This document shows, piece after piece, positions 21,751 through 31,286 of a stretch of DNA of 64,000 nucleotides. The notes under the pieces were generated by a model, which ran no database searches, had not been told where the DNA came from, and saw nothing but the letters and a program-made list of their open reading frames with translations. The stretch lies in NCBI GenBank assembly GCA_000092065.1, contig CP000583.1. One strand, given 5' to 3'. The stretch's first letter is position 1, and every line of letters begins with the position of its first letter. This DNA comes from Ostreococcus lucimarinus (taxonomy: Eukaryota). Both the position numbers and the translations under genes were made by a program.

Positions 21751-23445
21751 ATGTCGACGGCGACGCCGGCGCGCGCGGTCGCGCGCGCGCCGCCGCGATG
21801 GACCGGTAGGAGCGCGCGCGCGCGCGCGCGGGCGGTGACGCGCGCGGCGGAGGAGGACGACGCGCGAAGCGCGCGAGTGGTGGACTTGTTCGAAGCCGCG
21901 GCGACGCCCATGGGCGCGGCGGCGCGCGCGGAGGCGGCGATGGCGGCGGTGCGAGCGATGACGAGCGTGCGAGAGACGGCGACGTCGAAGACCGAGGCGG
22001 TGACGACGGGAGGAGGGGAAGGGGCGACGAGCGGGAGCGCGAGCGGGAGCGCGCCGAGGTCAACCGGGACGACGACCGGGGCGTCGGGCGCGGCTGACGG
22101 CGCGGTGATGAAGGGAGGGAGGTCCGCGAACGATTCAGGGTTGAAAAACACCGCGAAGAAGGCGTCGAAGCCGAAGGCGGAGACTTTCAACCCCGGGAGC
22201 GACTTTTGGACGTGGACGCCGCCGGAGGCGGCGGGTTCGGATAAAGTCGCCGCCGCCGCGGCGCCAAAGTTGCAGAGACAGACAGAGACTCGCGTGAGCG
22301 CGGCCGTGGCGGTCGCGGAGCGCGCGCCCGAGGCTTCGCTTCAGTTGAAGTTTCAAAGCGACGTCGAGACGCCGAGCGAGTTGAAGCTTGAATTCGAAAG
22401 CGACGTCGTTTTGGCGAAGGAACCGGCGCCGCTGAGCGACACGCCGACGGTGGAGCTAGAGGAAACTGCGACCGCCGTGCGCGAGCTCGGCGCAGATGGG
22501 GAAACCGAAGGTACACTTGAAAATGGTTCGAGGTGGTGGCGCGAGTCAGGCGAAGAGGAACTCGAAGGCGGGAAGCTGTGTCGATGGACGCTCGTCCGAG
22601 GCGCCTCCGCGGACGGTTCCGTCGAGTGGGAAGAAAAATGGTGGGAGACGAGCGATGCTTTCAACTATCGGGAACTCGGGGCGATCAAATCGGGGAGAGA
22701 CGCCAAGGGCAACGTGTGGCAAGAAAGCTGGCGTGAGCAAGTGACTCACGACACCACCACCGGTTTCTCAAACGCCTCGAAGCACATCATGAGAGAGGCG
22801 AACAAGTGGGGTGCGCAAGCCGACGGCGCCGAATGGCACGAAGTGTGGGACGAGAACTACTGGGGCGACGGTCAAGTGAAGCGTACATGTACAAAAAAAG
22901 GTGCGATCGCGAACGGCGCGACTCCAGACGACGGTCACGGTAATCGTTGGACGCACAAGTGGGGCGAGGAGTGGGACGGTCACGGTGGGTGCGTCAAGTG
23001 GACGGATTCCTTCGCCGACCGCGATCAGAGCGAGGACGGTGGAAGCGGACGTGCCTGGGGTGAAAAGTGGGAAGAACGATGGGGGGGATACGCTCACAAC
23101 GGGAGTGCGGGGAATCGCAACGGGAGCACATGGGACGATCGCGACGGGCACAAATTTGAGAAGACGTGGGGCGAGGAGCACTGGCACGACGGTCGCGTCC
23201 ACAAATGGGGCGCCACCACCGATGGTTCCGACGGTTGGGACACCTGGGAAGACAGTGCCGGTTGGTGGGAGCGCGCACCGAGCTTCGGATGGGACGAAGC
23301 CGTCTCGCACTCACCGCAACTCCTCAACGTCCCGCTTCGTCCGCGAGGCACCGGAGTCGAACCCGGAAAGAAAAAGTCCATCGGTCGAGCTCCCGGTCGA
23401 ACGATCAAGCCACCGCCGGGGTCGCGTCTTCACAATCCAGATTAG
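21751..23445 (+). CDS. Trp-rich repeat protein, candidate ESV1/LESV-like starch-granule-associated protein, with Ala/Arg-rich transit peptide
   Basis: C-terminal 250 aa consist of repeated acidic-Trp motifs (EEKWWE, HKWGEEWDG, RAWGEKWEERWGG, KTWGEEHWHDG, HKWGATTDG, DTWEDSAGWWE); N-terminus MSTATPARAVARAPP; ORF-track 5' part (21145-21750) is antisense to the DUF1295 gene. Confidence 0.45.
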   Translation: MSTATPARAVARAPPRWTGRSARARARAVTRAAEEDDARSARVVDLFEAAATPMGAAARAEAAMAAVRAMTSVRETATSKTEAVTTGGGEGATSGSASGSAPRSTGTTTGASGAADGAVMKGGRSANDSGLKNTAKKASKPKAETFNPGSDFWTWTPPEAAGSDKVAAAAAPKLQRQTETRVSAAVAVAERAPEASLQLKFQSDVETPSELKLEFESDVVLAKEPAPLSDTPTVELEETATAVRELGADGETEGTLENGSRWWRESGEEELEGGKLCRWTLVRGASADGSVEWEEKWWETSDAFNYRELGAIKSGRDAKGNVWQESWREQVTHDTTTGFSNASKHIMREANKWGAQADGAEWHEVWDENYWGDGQVKRTCTKKGAIANGATPDDGHGNRWTHKWGEEWDGHGGCVKWTDSFADRDQSEDGGSGRAWGEKWEERWGGYAHNGSAGNRNGSTWDDRDGHKFEKTWGEEHWHDGRVHKWGATTDGSDGWDTWEDSAGWWERAPSFGWDEAVSHSPQLLNVPLRPRGTGVEPGKKKSIGRAPGRTIKPPPGSRLHNPD

Positions 23446-23615
23446 TAAACGTATTATTTCGTTATTCCCGTGACGTCGATTACACGCAGCTTTCGATCGA
23501 GTACATGCTCGTGCGTGACTAGCCTCGCCGTAGGTCTCGTAGCAGGTTAACCAGAGACGCGACTCAGACCCATCCCACTCGTCGACGCCTCGCGCTCGCC
23601 GACGCGCTCCTCACG

Positions 23616-25649
23616 ATGCGCGTCGCGTCTGTCGCGTCGCGCGCCGTCGTCTCGCGCGCCTCGCCGCCGTCTCGCGCGTCCTCGCGCGCGCAATCGTCAC
23701 CGCCGTCGACGACCACGCCCGGCGGCGGCTCGCGGCGAATCGTCACCGCGCGCGCGAAGAAATCTTCGCGCGCGGGCGCGGGCGACGCCAAGTACGCGGT
23801 GAAAACGACGGAAGACGCGCTCAAGTACGACCCCACGAAGTCTCTCGCGGACGTCCTCGCGTCCAAGGACGACGCGGACGAAGCGAATGGGAATTCGAGC
23901 AACGACTGGGCGAGCTCGCTCGCGGCGTTTCGAGAAGAAAAGGCGACGAAGGATCGCACGCGAGCGGAGATGGGAGCGGAGATGGCGGACATGGAAAGGA
24001 AATCGAACGAAAGCGATGATTTGATGGACACGACGTGGGTGACGGAGGCTGGGACGGTCGCGAGACGAGAGTTTAGGGGATTGAACGCGGGAGAGGAGGA
24101 GGCGACGTTCGGAGACGACGAAGCCGAATTCGTGGCGTTTGGGACGAATGAGGACGACGGCGAGGAAGTTTGGGGACCCGGTGATGAAGGGTTTGAAGTG
24201 TACATGTACGATGACGATGATGACGAGGGGGAGGGTGAAGTCACTCAGGAACGGGGTCGGGGAATACCGCGGGAGATGCGGTGCTTTGACACGGCGAAAA
24301 TTTACGTAAAGGCTGGCGACGGCGGTGATGGTCAGGTTGCGTTCAGGCGAGAAAAGTTCGTGCCGCAAGGTGGACCATCGGGGGGTAACGGTGGGATCGG
24401 CGGCGCGGTGTATATTGTCGCCGATAAGAACATGAATTCTTTAGATGGATTTAGAAAAAAAGTGCACCATCGGGCCGAGGCGGGCAAACGGGGGCTCGGA
24501 TCGAAGTGTGCCGGCCGTAACGGTCGCGATTTGGAGATCTTGGTGCCACCCGGAACTATCATTCGCGACAGTCGGAGCAAAACAATCATCGCAGAGATCA
24601 CGAAGGCTGAACAGCGAGTGATGGTGCTCGCGGGCGGTCGAGGCGGTCGAGGGAACGCGTCCTTCAAGACGGCGAAGAATAAGGCTCCGATGATTGCGGA
24701 GTTGGGCGAAAAAGGACGTGAGTTCTGGGCTGAGATGGAACTCAAACTCGTCGCCGATGTGGGAATAATTGGCATACCCAACGCTGGGAAATCAACCTTA
24801 CTCGCGAGCGTGAGCGCGGCGAAACCAAAGATTGCCGACTACCCGTTTACGACCATCGTGCCAAATTTGGGCGTCGTAGAGCGCGACTACGAGCGCATGG
24901 TGTTTGCAGACATCCCGGGTTTGCTCGAAGGGGCGTCGGAAGGGATTGGTTTAGGTTTCGAGTTCCTTCGCCACACAAAGCGAACGCGCGTGCTCATTCA
25001 CGTCATCGACTGCGCGAGCGAGACGTGCTTTGAGGCGTACGACGCGATTCGCACCGAGCTCGAACTCTTCGACGAAGCCTTGCTCGAAAAGCCCGAAATC
25101 GTCGCTTTAAACAAAGTGGACGACATCGAAGCCACGGAGCGAGCGCTGCAAATGAAGGAAAAGTTTGACGCCGAGGGCATCTCTTCGCACTGCGTCTCCG
25201 CCGTCACGGGTGAGGGCGTGGAGGAGCTCCTCGCCGACGTCCAAGCCGCCCTTCGCGCCCTACCTCCGGTCGAAGATGCCTGGGCCGCTGATATCGCGGA
25301 AACGGGCGTGCGCGCCGCGGATGGAAAATCCATCGAAGATTTCACAATCGACGACACCCCGTACGCGTTCGTCGTCGCCGGCGAAGCCATCGAGCGTTTC
25401 ACGCAAATGACAAACTGGGACTATTTCGAGTCCTACAAGCGCTTCGGCCGCGTCCTCGAAATGGCTGGCATCGACGCCGCCCTCAACGCCGCGGGCGCGG
25501 GCGAGGGCGACCGTATCATCATCGGCGACTTCGAGTTCGAGTGGAGCAAGGACCGCCGCGACCGCACCCTGTACGAATCCTTCAGGCAACGCGTCGCCGA
25601 CGCCCCCGGCGGCCAGCGAGGCAGCCGCCACTGGCCCCACGCGTCGTGA
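23616..25649 (+). CDS. OBGC: Obg-family GTPase (plastid ObgC-type with long N-terminal extension)
   Basis: Obg fold glycine-rich motifs GDGGDGQVAFRREKFVPQGGPSGGNGGIGG, G-domain GIIGIPNAGKSTLL, C-terminal OCT/TGS-like domain. Confidence 0.9.
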   Translation: MRVASVASRAVVSRASPPSRASSRAQSSPPSTTTPGGGSRRIVTARAKKSSRAGAGDAKYAVKTTEDALKYDPTKSLADVLASKDDADEANGNSSNDWASSLAAFREEKATKDRTRAEMGAEMADMERKSNESDDLMDTTWVTEAGTVARREFRGLNAGEEEATFGDDEAEFVAFGTNEDDGEEVWGPGDEGFEVYMYDDDDDEGEGEVTQERGRGIPREMRCFDTAKIYVKAGDGGDGQVAFRREKFVPQGGPSGGNGGIGGAVYIVADKNMNSLDGFRKKVHHRAEAGKRGLGSKCAGRNGRDLEILVPPGTIIRDSRSKTIIAEITKAEQRVMVLAGGRGGRGNASFKTAKNKAPMIAELGEKGREFWAEMELKLVADVGIIGIPNAGKSTLLASVSAAKPKIADYPFTTIVPNLGVVERDYERMVFADIPGLLEGASEGIGLGFEFLRHTKRTRVLIHVIDCASETCFEAYDAIRTELELFDEALLEKPEIVALNKVDDIEATERALQMKEKFDAEGISSHCVSAVTGEGVEELLADVQAALRALPPVEDAWAADIAETGVRAADGKSIEDFTIDDTPYAFVVAGEAIERFTQMTNWDYFESYKRFGRVLEMAGIDAALNAAGAGEGDRIIIGDFEFEWSKDRRDRTLYESFRQRVADAPGGQRGSRHWPHAS

Positions 25650-25859
25650 AAACGTCAATCGCGCGCCCACCGTCGCCGTCGCGCGCCCGCGTCGTCGCCG
25701 CTGTAACCATCGAATCCAACGCGACGCCGCCTCCTCGCCGCGCCTCGCCACCGCCCCTCGGACGTCGACGCGCGCCCGAACGAAGCGCGCCTCTCCTCGC
25801 CCGCGCGGGACTCGAGCGCTCAACTGTACGCGCAAACAGTGTAAACAGCACCACCGCGA

Positions 25860-25950
25860 TCGCGACATCGCGCGCGCCAATCGAAACGCGCGATCTCGCG
25901 ATCTCGCGATCTCGCGATCTCGCGCGCCAATCAAAACGCGCGATCTCGAT
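25860..25950. repeat. Direct repeats: 28-bp unit cgcgcgccaatcgaaacgcgcgatctcg x2 flanking (cgatctcg)4
   Basis: Visible in sequence 25866-25945; intergenic Obg 3' / bZIP 5'. Confidence 0.75.
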
Positions 25951-26129
25951 CGTCGCGCGATGCGAGCCACTCGTCGTCGCGTCGTCGGCGCGTCGCGCCG
26001 CGACGTCGATCGGCACTCGCGCGCGCGCCGCGCGCGCCGCGCGCGCGCGCCCGGGAAGAAAACGAACGACGCGCGGTCGCGCGCGTCGGGACGTCGGGAC
26101 GTCGCGGTCGGGCGCGACGGTCGGGATAA

Positions 26130-26199
26130 CGCGCGCGACGGTTGGGATAACGCCGCGACGGTTGGGATAACGCCGCGACGGTTGGGATAACGCGCGCGA

Positions 26200-26243
<44 letters not shown>

Positions 26244-26250
26244 GGACGGC
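26130..26250. repeat. Tandem repeat block: ~19-bp unit gcgacggttgggataacgc x4 followed by (gacggc)9
   Basis: cgcgacggttgggataacgccgcgacggttgggataacgccgcgacggttgggataacgcgcgcgacgacggcgacggcgacggcgacggcgacggcgacggcg. Confidence 0.8.
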
Positions 26251-26312
26251 GAGGTGGGTGAGATCGAGGACGGGGATTCGCGCGACGCGCGCGCGATCGG
26301 GCGGGCGCGGCG

Positions 26313-26906
26313 ATGGCGGGACGGCGAGCGAGCGGTGGGGGGGGGGCGACGGCGAGCGACGGCGCGACGGGACGACGCGGGCGCGGGGCGAAGAAGAGCG
26401 AGAGCGGCGCGCGCGAGCGCGCGGAGAGAGAGAGGGCGCGGGAGGTCGAGACGGAGGAGGAGAACGCGCGATGGGACGTGCAAACGTATTTGGGTGGGTC
26501 GTCGCCGGCGCTCGCGCCGGCGACGTTATCGGGGTTACCGCCGTTTCCCATCGCGACTCAGATGCTGCAAAACATGACCCAAACGAACCCGTTTTGGGCA
26601 GCGCAAGCGATGCTCCATCGCGGGATCGCGATGGGGCAGAGCGCGGCGCTCCCGCAGGCGGGGGCGACGACGAACGGGGCGAGCGCGGCGACGGATGAGT
26701 TGACGCGGAAGAAATTGGCACGCAAGCAATCGAATCGCGATAGCGCGCGTAGAAGCCGGTTGCGCAAGCAGGCTGAAACGGTCGAGATAAACGTTAAAGT
26801 GAGCGAGCTCGAGCGAGAAGTCGTCGCGCTTCGTGAAGAAAATCAGCGTTTGAAAAAGCGCCTCGCCGAGAACGAAGGGCAACGTGAACGAAAAACGACA
26901 AAATGA
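26313..26906 (+). CDS. bZIP transcription factor
   Basis: Basic region RKKLARKQSNRDSARRSRLRKQAE followed by a leucine zipper VSELEREVVALREENQRLKKRLAEN; ATG at 26313. Confidence 0.75.
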   Translation: MAGRRASGGGGATASDGATGRRGRGAKKSESGARERAERERAREVETEEENARWDVQTYLGGSSPALAPATLSGLPPFPIATQMLQNMTQTNPFWAAQAMLHRGIAMGQSAALPQAGATTNGASAATDELTRKKLARKQSNRDSARRSRLRKQAETVEINVKVSELEREVVALREENQRLKKRLAENEGQRERKTTK

Positions 26907-27158
26907 CAACCGCCGCAAAACTTGCGCGCGTACGCTTCGAAACGAGATCCTGTGAAGGACCGGTGTATTCACGTAGTTCTAATCTCTTTTCATCCAAGCT
27001 TCCCCCACTCGATTCTTTGAATACATATATTATCATTATTCTTTCACGTCTGCAACCCCGCGGGGAGAAACGTTTGCGCCGCGCTGCGAGTGTTTCGTGG
27101 CTACCGTTCATCGCCGTCCCTGACCTCTCACTCTTACAATTAACTATTGGCCTAAAGC

Positions 27159-28649
27159 CTACTGACCCTCCTGTTCGGGTTCGAGTTGAATCAAGTCGTC
27201 GATGCGGAGAATCGTAATCGCAGCTTCAGTGGCAAACTGGATGCTCTTCACCTTGCTCAACGCCGGCTCGAGGACACCGCTGGCGATGTTGTCGCGAAGT
27301 TCGCCCTTGACGAGATCCAAGCCCATCCCGGCGAGCTCTTCGTTACCTTGACTCTGTGCTTGATGATGAATAGCTCGAAGCTTGGCCACGAGATCGGTGG
27401 AATCCTTCGCAGCGTTGACAGAGAGTACCTTTGGGATGACCAAGAGCGCGTTGGCAAACTCGGCGATGGCGAGCTGCTCCCGGCTACCCAGAGTAGTCGC
27501 CATATTCTCCAGATAAATGCTCAACGCAGCTTCGACGGCGCCACCACCAGCGACAACCTTGCCACTTTCCAACGTCCTCTTCACGATGCACAGTGCGTCG
27601 TGCACCGAGCGGTCGATCTCGTCGAGCATATAATCGTTTGCGCCTCGCAAGAGAATTGTACACGATTGGGTGCTCGCGCAGTCCTTGATGACGACCATAT
27701 CATCATCAGCCACGCGTTGCTCCACCACTTCGCCCGCAGTGCCAAGCATGGACTCGTCGAAAGTTTCTCCACCATCCATGTCGGACAGAGACAGCATCAC
27801 TTGCGCCCCCGTCGCCTTGGCGATGCGGCGCAAATCATCACGATTGACGCGACGACAGGCGATAGCCCCAGCCTCGACGAAGTACTTGAGCGCCATATCA
27901 TCGATGCCCTTAGAACAGAGCACGACATTGGCACCGGCGGCTAAGATCATCTTGATGCGATTGGCGGTGATTTCAAACTCTTGCTCGCGAATCTTTTCGA
28001 GTTCCTTCGGGTCGTTCACCAGCACTTGAATCCCCATCAACATCTTTGTCTTCTGCAAGTTGAAGTCGATGCACGCAATCTTTGCATTCTTGACTAACTT
28101 TGGCATCCCTTCCGCCGCACGACCGAGGTTAAGGGCGTATCCGTGCAACACCGATGACTCCTTCAAGCTCTTCCCGTGCGCCTTCAAAATGTTGATCGCC
28201 TTGATGGGATACCTGACGTCGCCCATGTCGTTGTACGTCTTGATGCTCGTGCACGCATCGACGACCAAATCCGCAAAGAAATCTTCTTCGGCACCGATGA
28301 TTTTCGAGCTCATGCTCGTCTTTGCGCACTGCAACAAGGCTTCCTTCCCGAGCGTCTCCACGTCTCTCGCCAACTTACCTTCGACGTACTTGACGCTTTC
28401 TCGCATCGCCAACCTGAACCCAGCGATGATGTTCGTCGGGTGAATCTTATTCCTCACCAACTCATTCGCCCGCTTCAAAAGCTCCGCGGCGAGAATCACC
28501 ACCGAAGTCGTTCCATCTCCCACTTCCTGATCCTGCAACTCGGCGAGCTCGACCAAGATCTTCGCCGCCGGGTGTTCAATCTCTAAAAGTTTCAAAATCG
28601 TCGCCCCATCGTTCGTGATCGTCACGTCACCGATATCATCCACGAGCAT
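27159..28649 (-). CDS. CCT1: T-complex protein 1 subunit alpha (CCT1/TCP-1 alpha), exon 3 of 3
   Basis: [72 protein letters not shown] is near-identical to animal and plant TCP-1 alpha; acceptor tAG|ATG at ~28650. Confidence 0.9.
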   Translation of the reverse strand: MLVDDIGDVTITNDGATILKLLEIEHPAAKILVELAELQDQEVGDGTTSVVILAAELLKRANELVRNKIHPTNIIAGFRLAMRESVKYVEGKLARDVETLGKEALLQCAKTSMSSKIIGAEEDFFADLVVDACTSIKTYNDMGDVRYPIKAINILKAHGKSLKESSVLHGYALNLGRAAEGMPKLVKNAKIACIDFNLQKTKMLMGIQVLVNDPKELEKIREQEFEITANRIKMILAAGANVVLCSKGIDDMALKYFVEAGAIACRRVNRDDLRRIAKATGAQVMLSLSDMDGGETFDESMLGTAGEVVEQRVADDDMVVIKDCASTQSCTILLRGANDYMLDEIDRSVHDALCIVKRTLESGKVVAGGGAVEAALSIYLENMATTLGSREQLAIAEFANALLVIPKVLSVNAAKDSTDLVAKLRAIHHQAQSQGNEELAGMGLDLVKGELRDNIASGVLEPALSKVKSIQFATEAAITILRIDDLIQLEPEQEGQ

Positions 28650-28767
28650 CTACGCGTCAAACCCTTTCATTCCGTCAGTCCTCGTCCCTCACCGCGCGCG
28701 CGCATCGTTTCGTCGATTCTCCGCGTCTCGTCCTCAAAGTCAACGCCTTCGCGTCTTCGTCACGCGC

Positions 28768-28832
28768 CTTGTCCAGTCCCACCGGCCCGAGCGACGTCTT
28801 CACGATGTTCGCCACCGCCATGACCGCCGTCG
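28768..28832 (-). CDS. CCT1: CCT-alpha exon 2 (A)[21 protein letters not shown]
   Basis: Matches TCP-1 alpha residues 22-43 ([22 protein letters not shown]); acceptor AACAG|CG with branch GACTGACGACG; downstream donor is non-canonical GC (AAG|GCGCGTG). Confidence 0.55.
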
Positions 28833-29021
28833 CTGTTCGCATCCCGCGTCGCGCGCGCGTCGTCGTCAGTCTCCGTCTCCGTCTCCGTCTCCGTCTCCCC
28901 GCTCGAAGTCGCGCGTCCCGTCGATCGTCGATCGTCGATCGTCGTCCTCGTCCCATCGCGTTCGAGATCGCGTCCCTCGTTCGCTCGCGCTTCGTCGCTC
29001 GTCGTCGTCCGCGCGCCGCAC

Positions 29022-29088
29022 CGTTCGTCTGTCGCACGTCCTGTCCGCTCTCGCGCTCGCCGAAGAAGACGTCGGATTGTCGTCGCAT
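29022..29088 (-). CDS. CCT1: CCT-alpha exon 1 ([22 protein letters not shown])
   Basis: Matches the TCP-1 alpha N-terminus SVFGDRSTGETIRSQN; ATG 29088, donor AACG|GTGCGGCG; the 189-bp intron carries (CGATCGA)3 and (GGAGAC)5 repeats. Confidence 0.5.
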
Positions 29089-29192
29089 GGCGCGCGGCGT
29101 CGCGCGTCGGCGAGTGGCGCGTCGGACGCGTTGACCGCGCGGCGCACTTCGCGTCGCGTCGCGTCGCGAGGCGACACAAGGCGTCGAGCGCG
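29089..29192. promoter_or_regulatory. ~105-bp head-to-head spacer, putative bidirectional promoter (CCT-alpha / TYW1)
   Basis: Divergent ATGs at 29088 (minus) and 29193 (plus). Confidence 0.5.
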
Positions 29193-31259
29193 ATGGCGCG
29201 CGTCGCGGCGTTCGCGATCGGCGTCGTCGCGGGCGCGAGCGCGTGCGTCGCGGGCGCCGCGCGCGCGGGATCGGCGCGCGGTGGCGGCGGCGACGGCGAC
29301 GCGCGCGCGGGCGGCGCGCGCGCGCGCGCGGCGGAGGCGAGCGCGCGGAGGCGCGCGGAGGACGAAGGCAAGACGCGCGCGGACGACGCGGACGACGGGG
29401 AGGACGGGGAGGACGGGGAGGACGAGACGCGGGTGGTGGTGTACGCCACGCGAACGGGGACGGCGAGGCGGTACGCGGCGACGATTCGACGACGGTTGAA
29501 CGATGAAGACGCGGCCGCGACGGGAGGAAAGCGAGGATACGCGCTCTTGGACGCGGCGAGCTTGGTGGATCCGGAAAAAGTGCTGGCGGGGGGGAAGAGG
29601 GTCGTCGCGATATTCGTGGTGAGCACGCACGACGGCGGCGAGGCGCCGGAATCGAGCGCGTGGTTCGCCCGTTGGGCGCGAGAGGCGGCGTACGATGAAC
29701 GCACGGGATGGATGTACTTGAAAAACGTGCGTTATGCGGTGTTCGGGTGCGGGAATAGGGAGTATGGGGATAACTTCAACCGAGCGGGGCGAGAGTTGGA
29801 CGCGCAGTTGGCGCGCATGGGGGGCGAACGCTTGGCGCGACGGTGCGACGGGGATGAAGCGAGCGGACGGATGGAGAAGCAGTTCGAGGAGTGGGGGGAA
29901 AAAGTTATCCGTCGGTTGTCAAATTCTACCGCATCGAGCGGGGACGATGCAGCGCACTCGCGCGTCGGTGTGGCGGAAGAACGGGACCAGTCTGAATACG
30001 CGAGCGAGGGCGAAGACGACGAGGGGGGGGCGAGCGCGGCAGGGAGCGAGGATGGTCAAGATATGGAGGACATCGCCGAAGGTGAGGGTGGAGAAAAGAA
30101 AGAAATGGTGACTGATGCTTTGCGTGGGGCGCTCACGAAGCAAGGTTACAAGATTCTTGGATCTCACTCGGGCGTGAAACTTTGTCGATGGACCAAGGCG
30201 ATGCTTCGCGGCAGAGGAGGTTGCTACAAACACACTTTCTACGGCATCGAAAGTCATCGATGCATGGAAACGACGCCGTCGCTTGCGTGTGCGAATAAGT
30301 GTACATTTTGTTGGCGGCATCACACGAATCCTGTCGGGAAAACGTGGCGTTGGCAGATGGACGATCCCTTGGAACTTGTCGAAGCCGCGGTTTCCGAGCA
30401 TTGCAAGATGGTGAAGCAAATGAAGGGGGTGCCAGGCGTTTTGCCCGAGAAGCTCGAAGAGGGTATGAATCCCAAACATTGTGCATTGTCTCTAGTCGGT
30501 GAACCAATCATGTACCCTGAGATTGGAAAGTTTGTAAGCGAGTTGCACTCGCGAAAAATCAGCACGTTTTTGGTGACGAATGCACAATTCCCTGAGGCAA
30601 TCACAAACTTGCCTCCAATAACGCAACTATACGTCTCTGTCGACGCCGCAACGCCAGAGACCTTGAAAGCAATCGATAGACCGCTATTTGCAGACTACTG
30701 GGATCGTTTCATTGGTTCTTTGACATCCTTAAAGGATAAACAACAGCGAACTGTCTACCGCTTGACACTCGTCTCGGGATGGAACATGGAAGAAGTTGCG
30801 GCGTACGCCAAGTTGATAGACCTCGGCCAACCCGATTTTATCGAGATCAAAGGCGTGACATACTGTGGAAGTAGTGATGCATCGTCACTCACGATGAAAA
30901 ACGTCCCTTATCACAAGGATGTGTGTGAATTTGGCGAGGCTATTGTCAATCTTCGTCGACGCGAAAACGGCGAGGAAGAATACGGCTTGGCGTGCGAGCA
31001 CGCGCATTCTTGCTGCATCTTGCTTGCTCGAACAGACAGGTACAAAATAGATGACGAGTGGTACACATGGATTGATTATGACAAATTTCAAACCCTCGTA
31101 GCGAGTGGAGAAAAGTTCAAAGCGCTCGACTATATCGAGCGGACGCCGAGCTGGGCGACGTATGGCGCGGAAGAAGCAGGATTTGACCCAGAGCAAACGC
31201 GCCATCGTAAAGTTCGTAATCACCCAGGGAAGTTAACGAGCGACGAACCGCCAGAATAG
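29193..31259 (+). CDS. TYW1: tRNA wybutosine-synthesizing protein 1 (TYW1): flavodoxin domain + radical-SAM domain
   Basis: Flavodoxin-like N-half ([19 protein letters not shown]), radical SAM core [27 protein letters not shown] and conserved C-terminal Wyosine_form domain. Confidence 0.9.
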   Translation: MARVAAFAIGVVAGASACVAGAARAGSARGGGGDGDARAGGARARAAEASARRRAEDEGKTRADDADDGEDGEDGEDETRVVVYATRTGTARRYAATIRRRLNDEDAAATGGKRGYALLDAASLVDPEKVLAGGKRVVAIFVVSTHDGGEAPESSAWFARWAREAAYDERTGWMYLKNVRYAVFGCGNREYGDNFNRAGRELDAQLARMGGERLARRCDGDEASGRMEKQFEEWGEKVIRRLSNSTASSGDDAAHSRVGVAEERDQSEYASEGEDDEGGASAAGSEDGQDMEDIAEGEGGEKKEMVTDALRGALTKQGYKILGSHSGVKLCRWTKAMLRGRGGCYKHTFYGIESHRCMETTPSLACANKCTFCWRHHTNPVGKTWRWQMDDPLELVEAAVSEHCKMVKQMKGVPGVLPEKLEEGMNPKHCALSLVGEPIMYPEIGKFVSELHSRKISTFLVTNAQFPEAITNLPPITQLYVSVDAATPETLKAIDRPLFADYWDRFIGSLTSLKDKQQRTVYRLTLVSGWNMEEVAAYAKLIDLGQPDFIEIKGVTYCGSSDASSLTMKNVPYHKDVCEFGEAIVNLRRRENGEEEYGLACEHAHSCCILLARTDRYKIDDEWYTWIDYDKFQTLVASGEKFKALDYIERTPSWATYGAEEAGFDPEQTRHRKVRNHPGKLTSDEPPE

Positions 31260-31286
31260 ACTATAGACTAATGTGTTATTACACCT

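Noticed and set aside
23564-24244. 226-aa minus-strand Ser-rich ORF overlapping ObgC
   Set aside because: It is antisense to the strongly supported Obg GTPase and is a poly-Ser low-complexity read.
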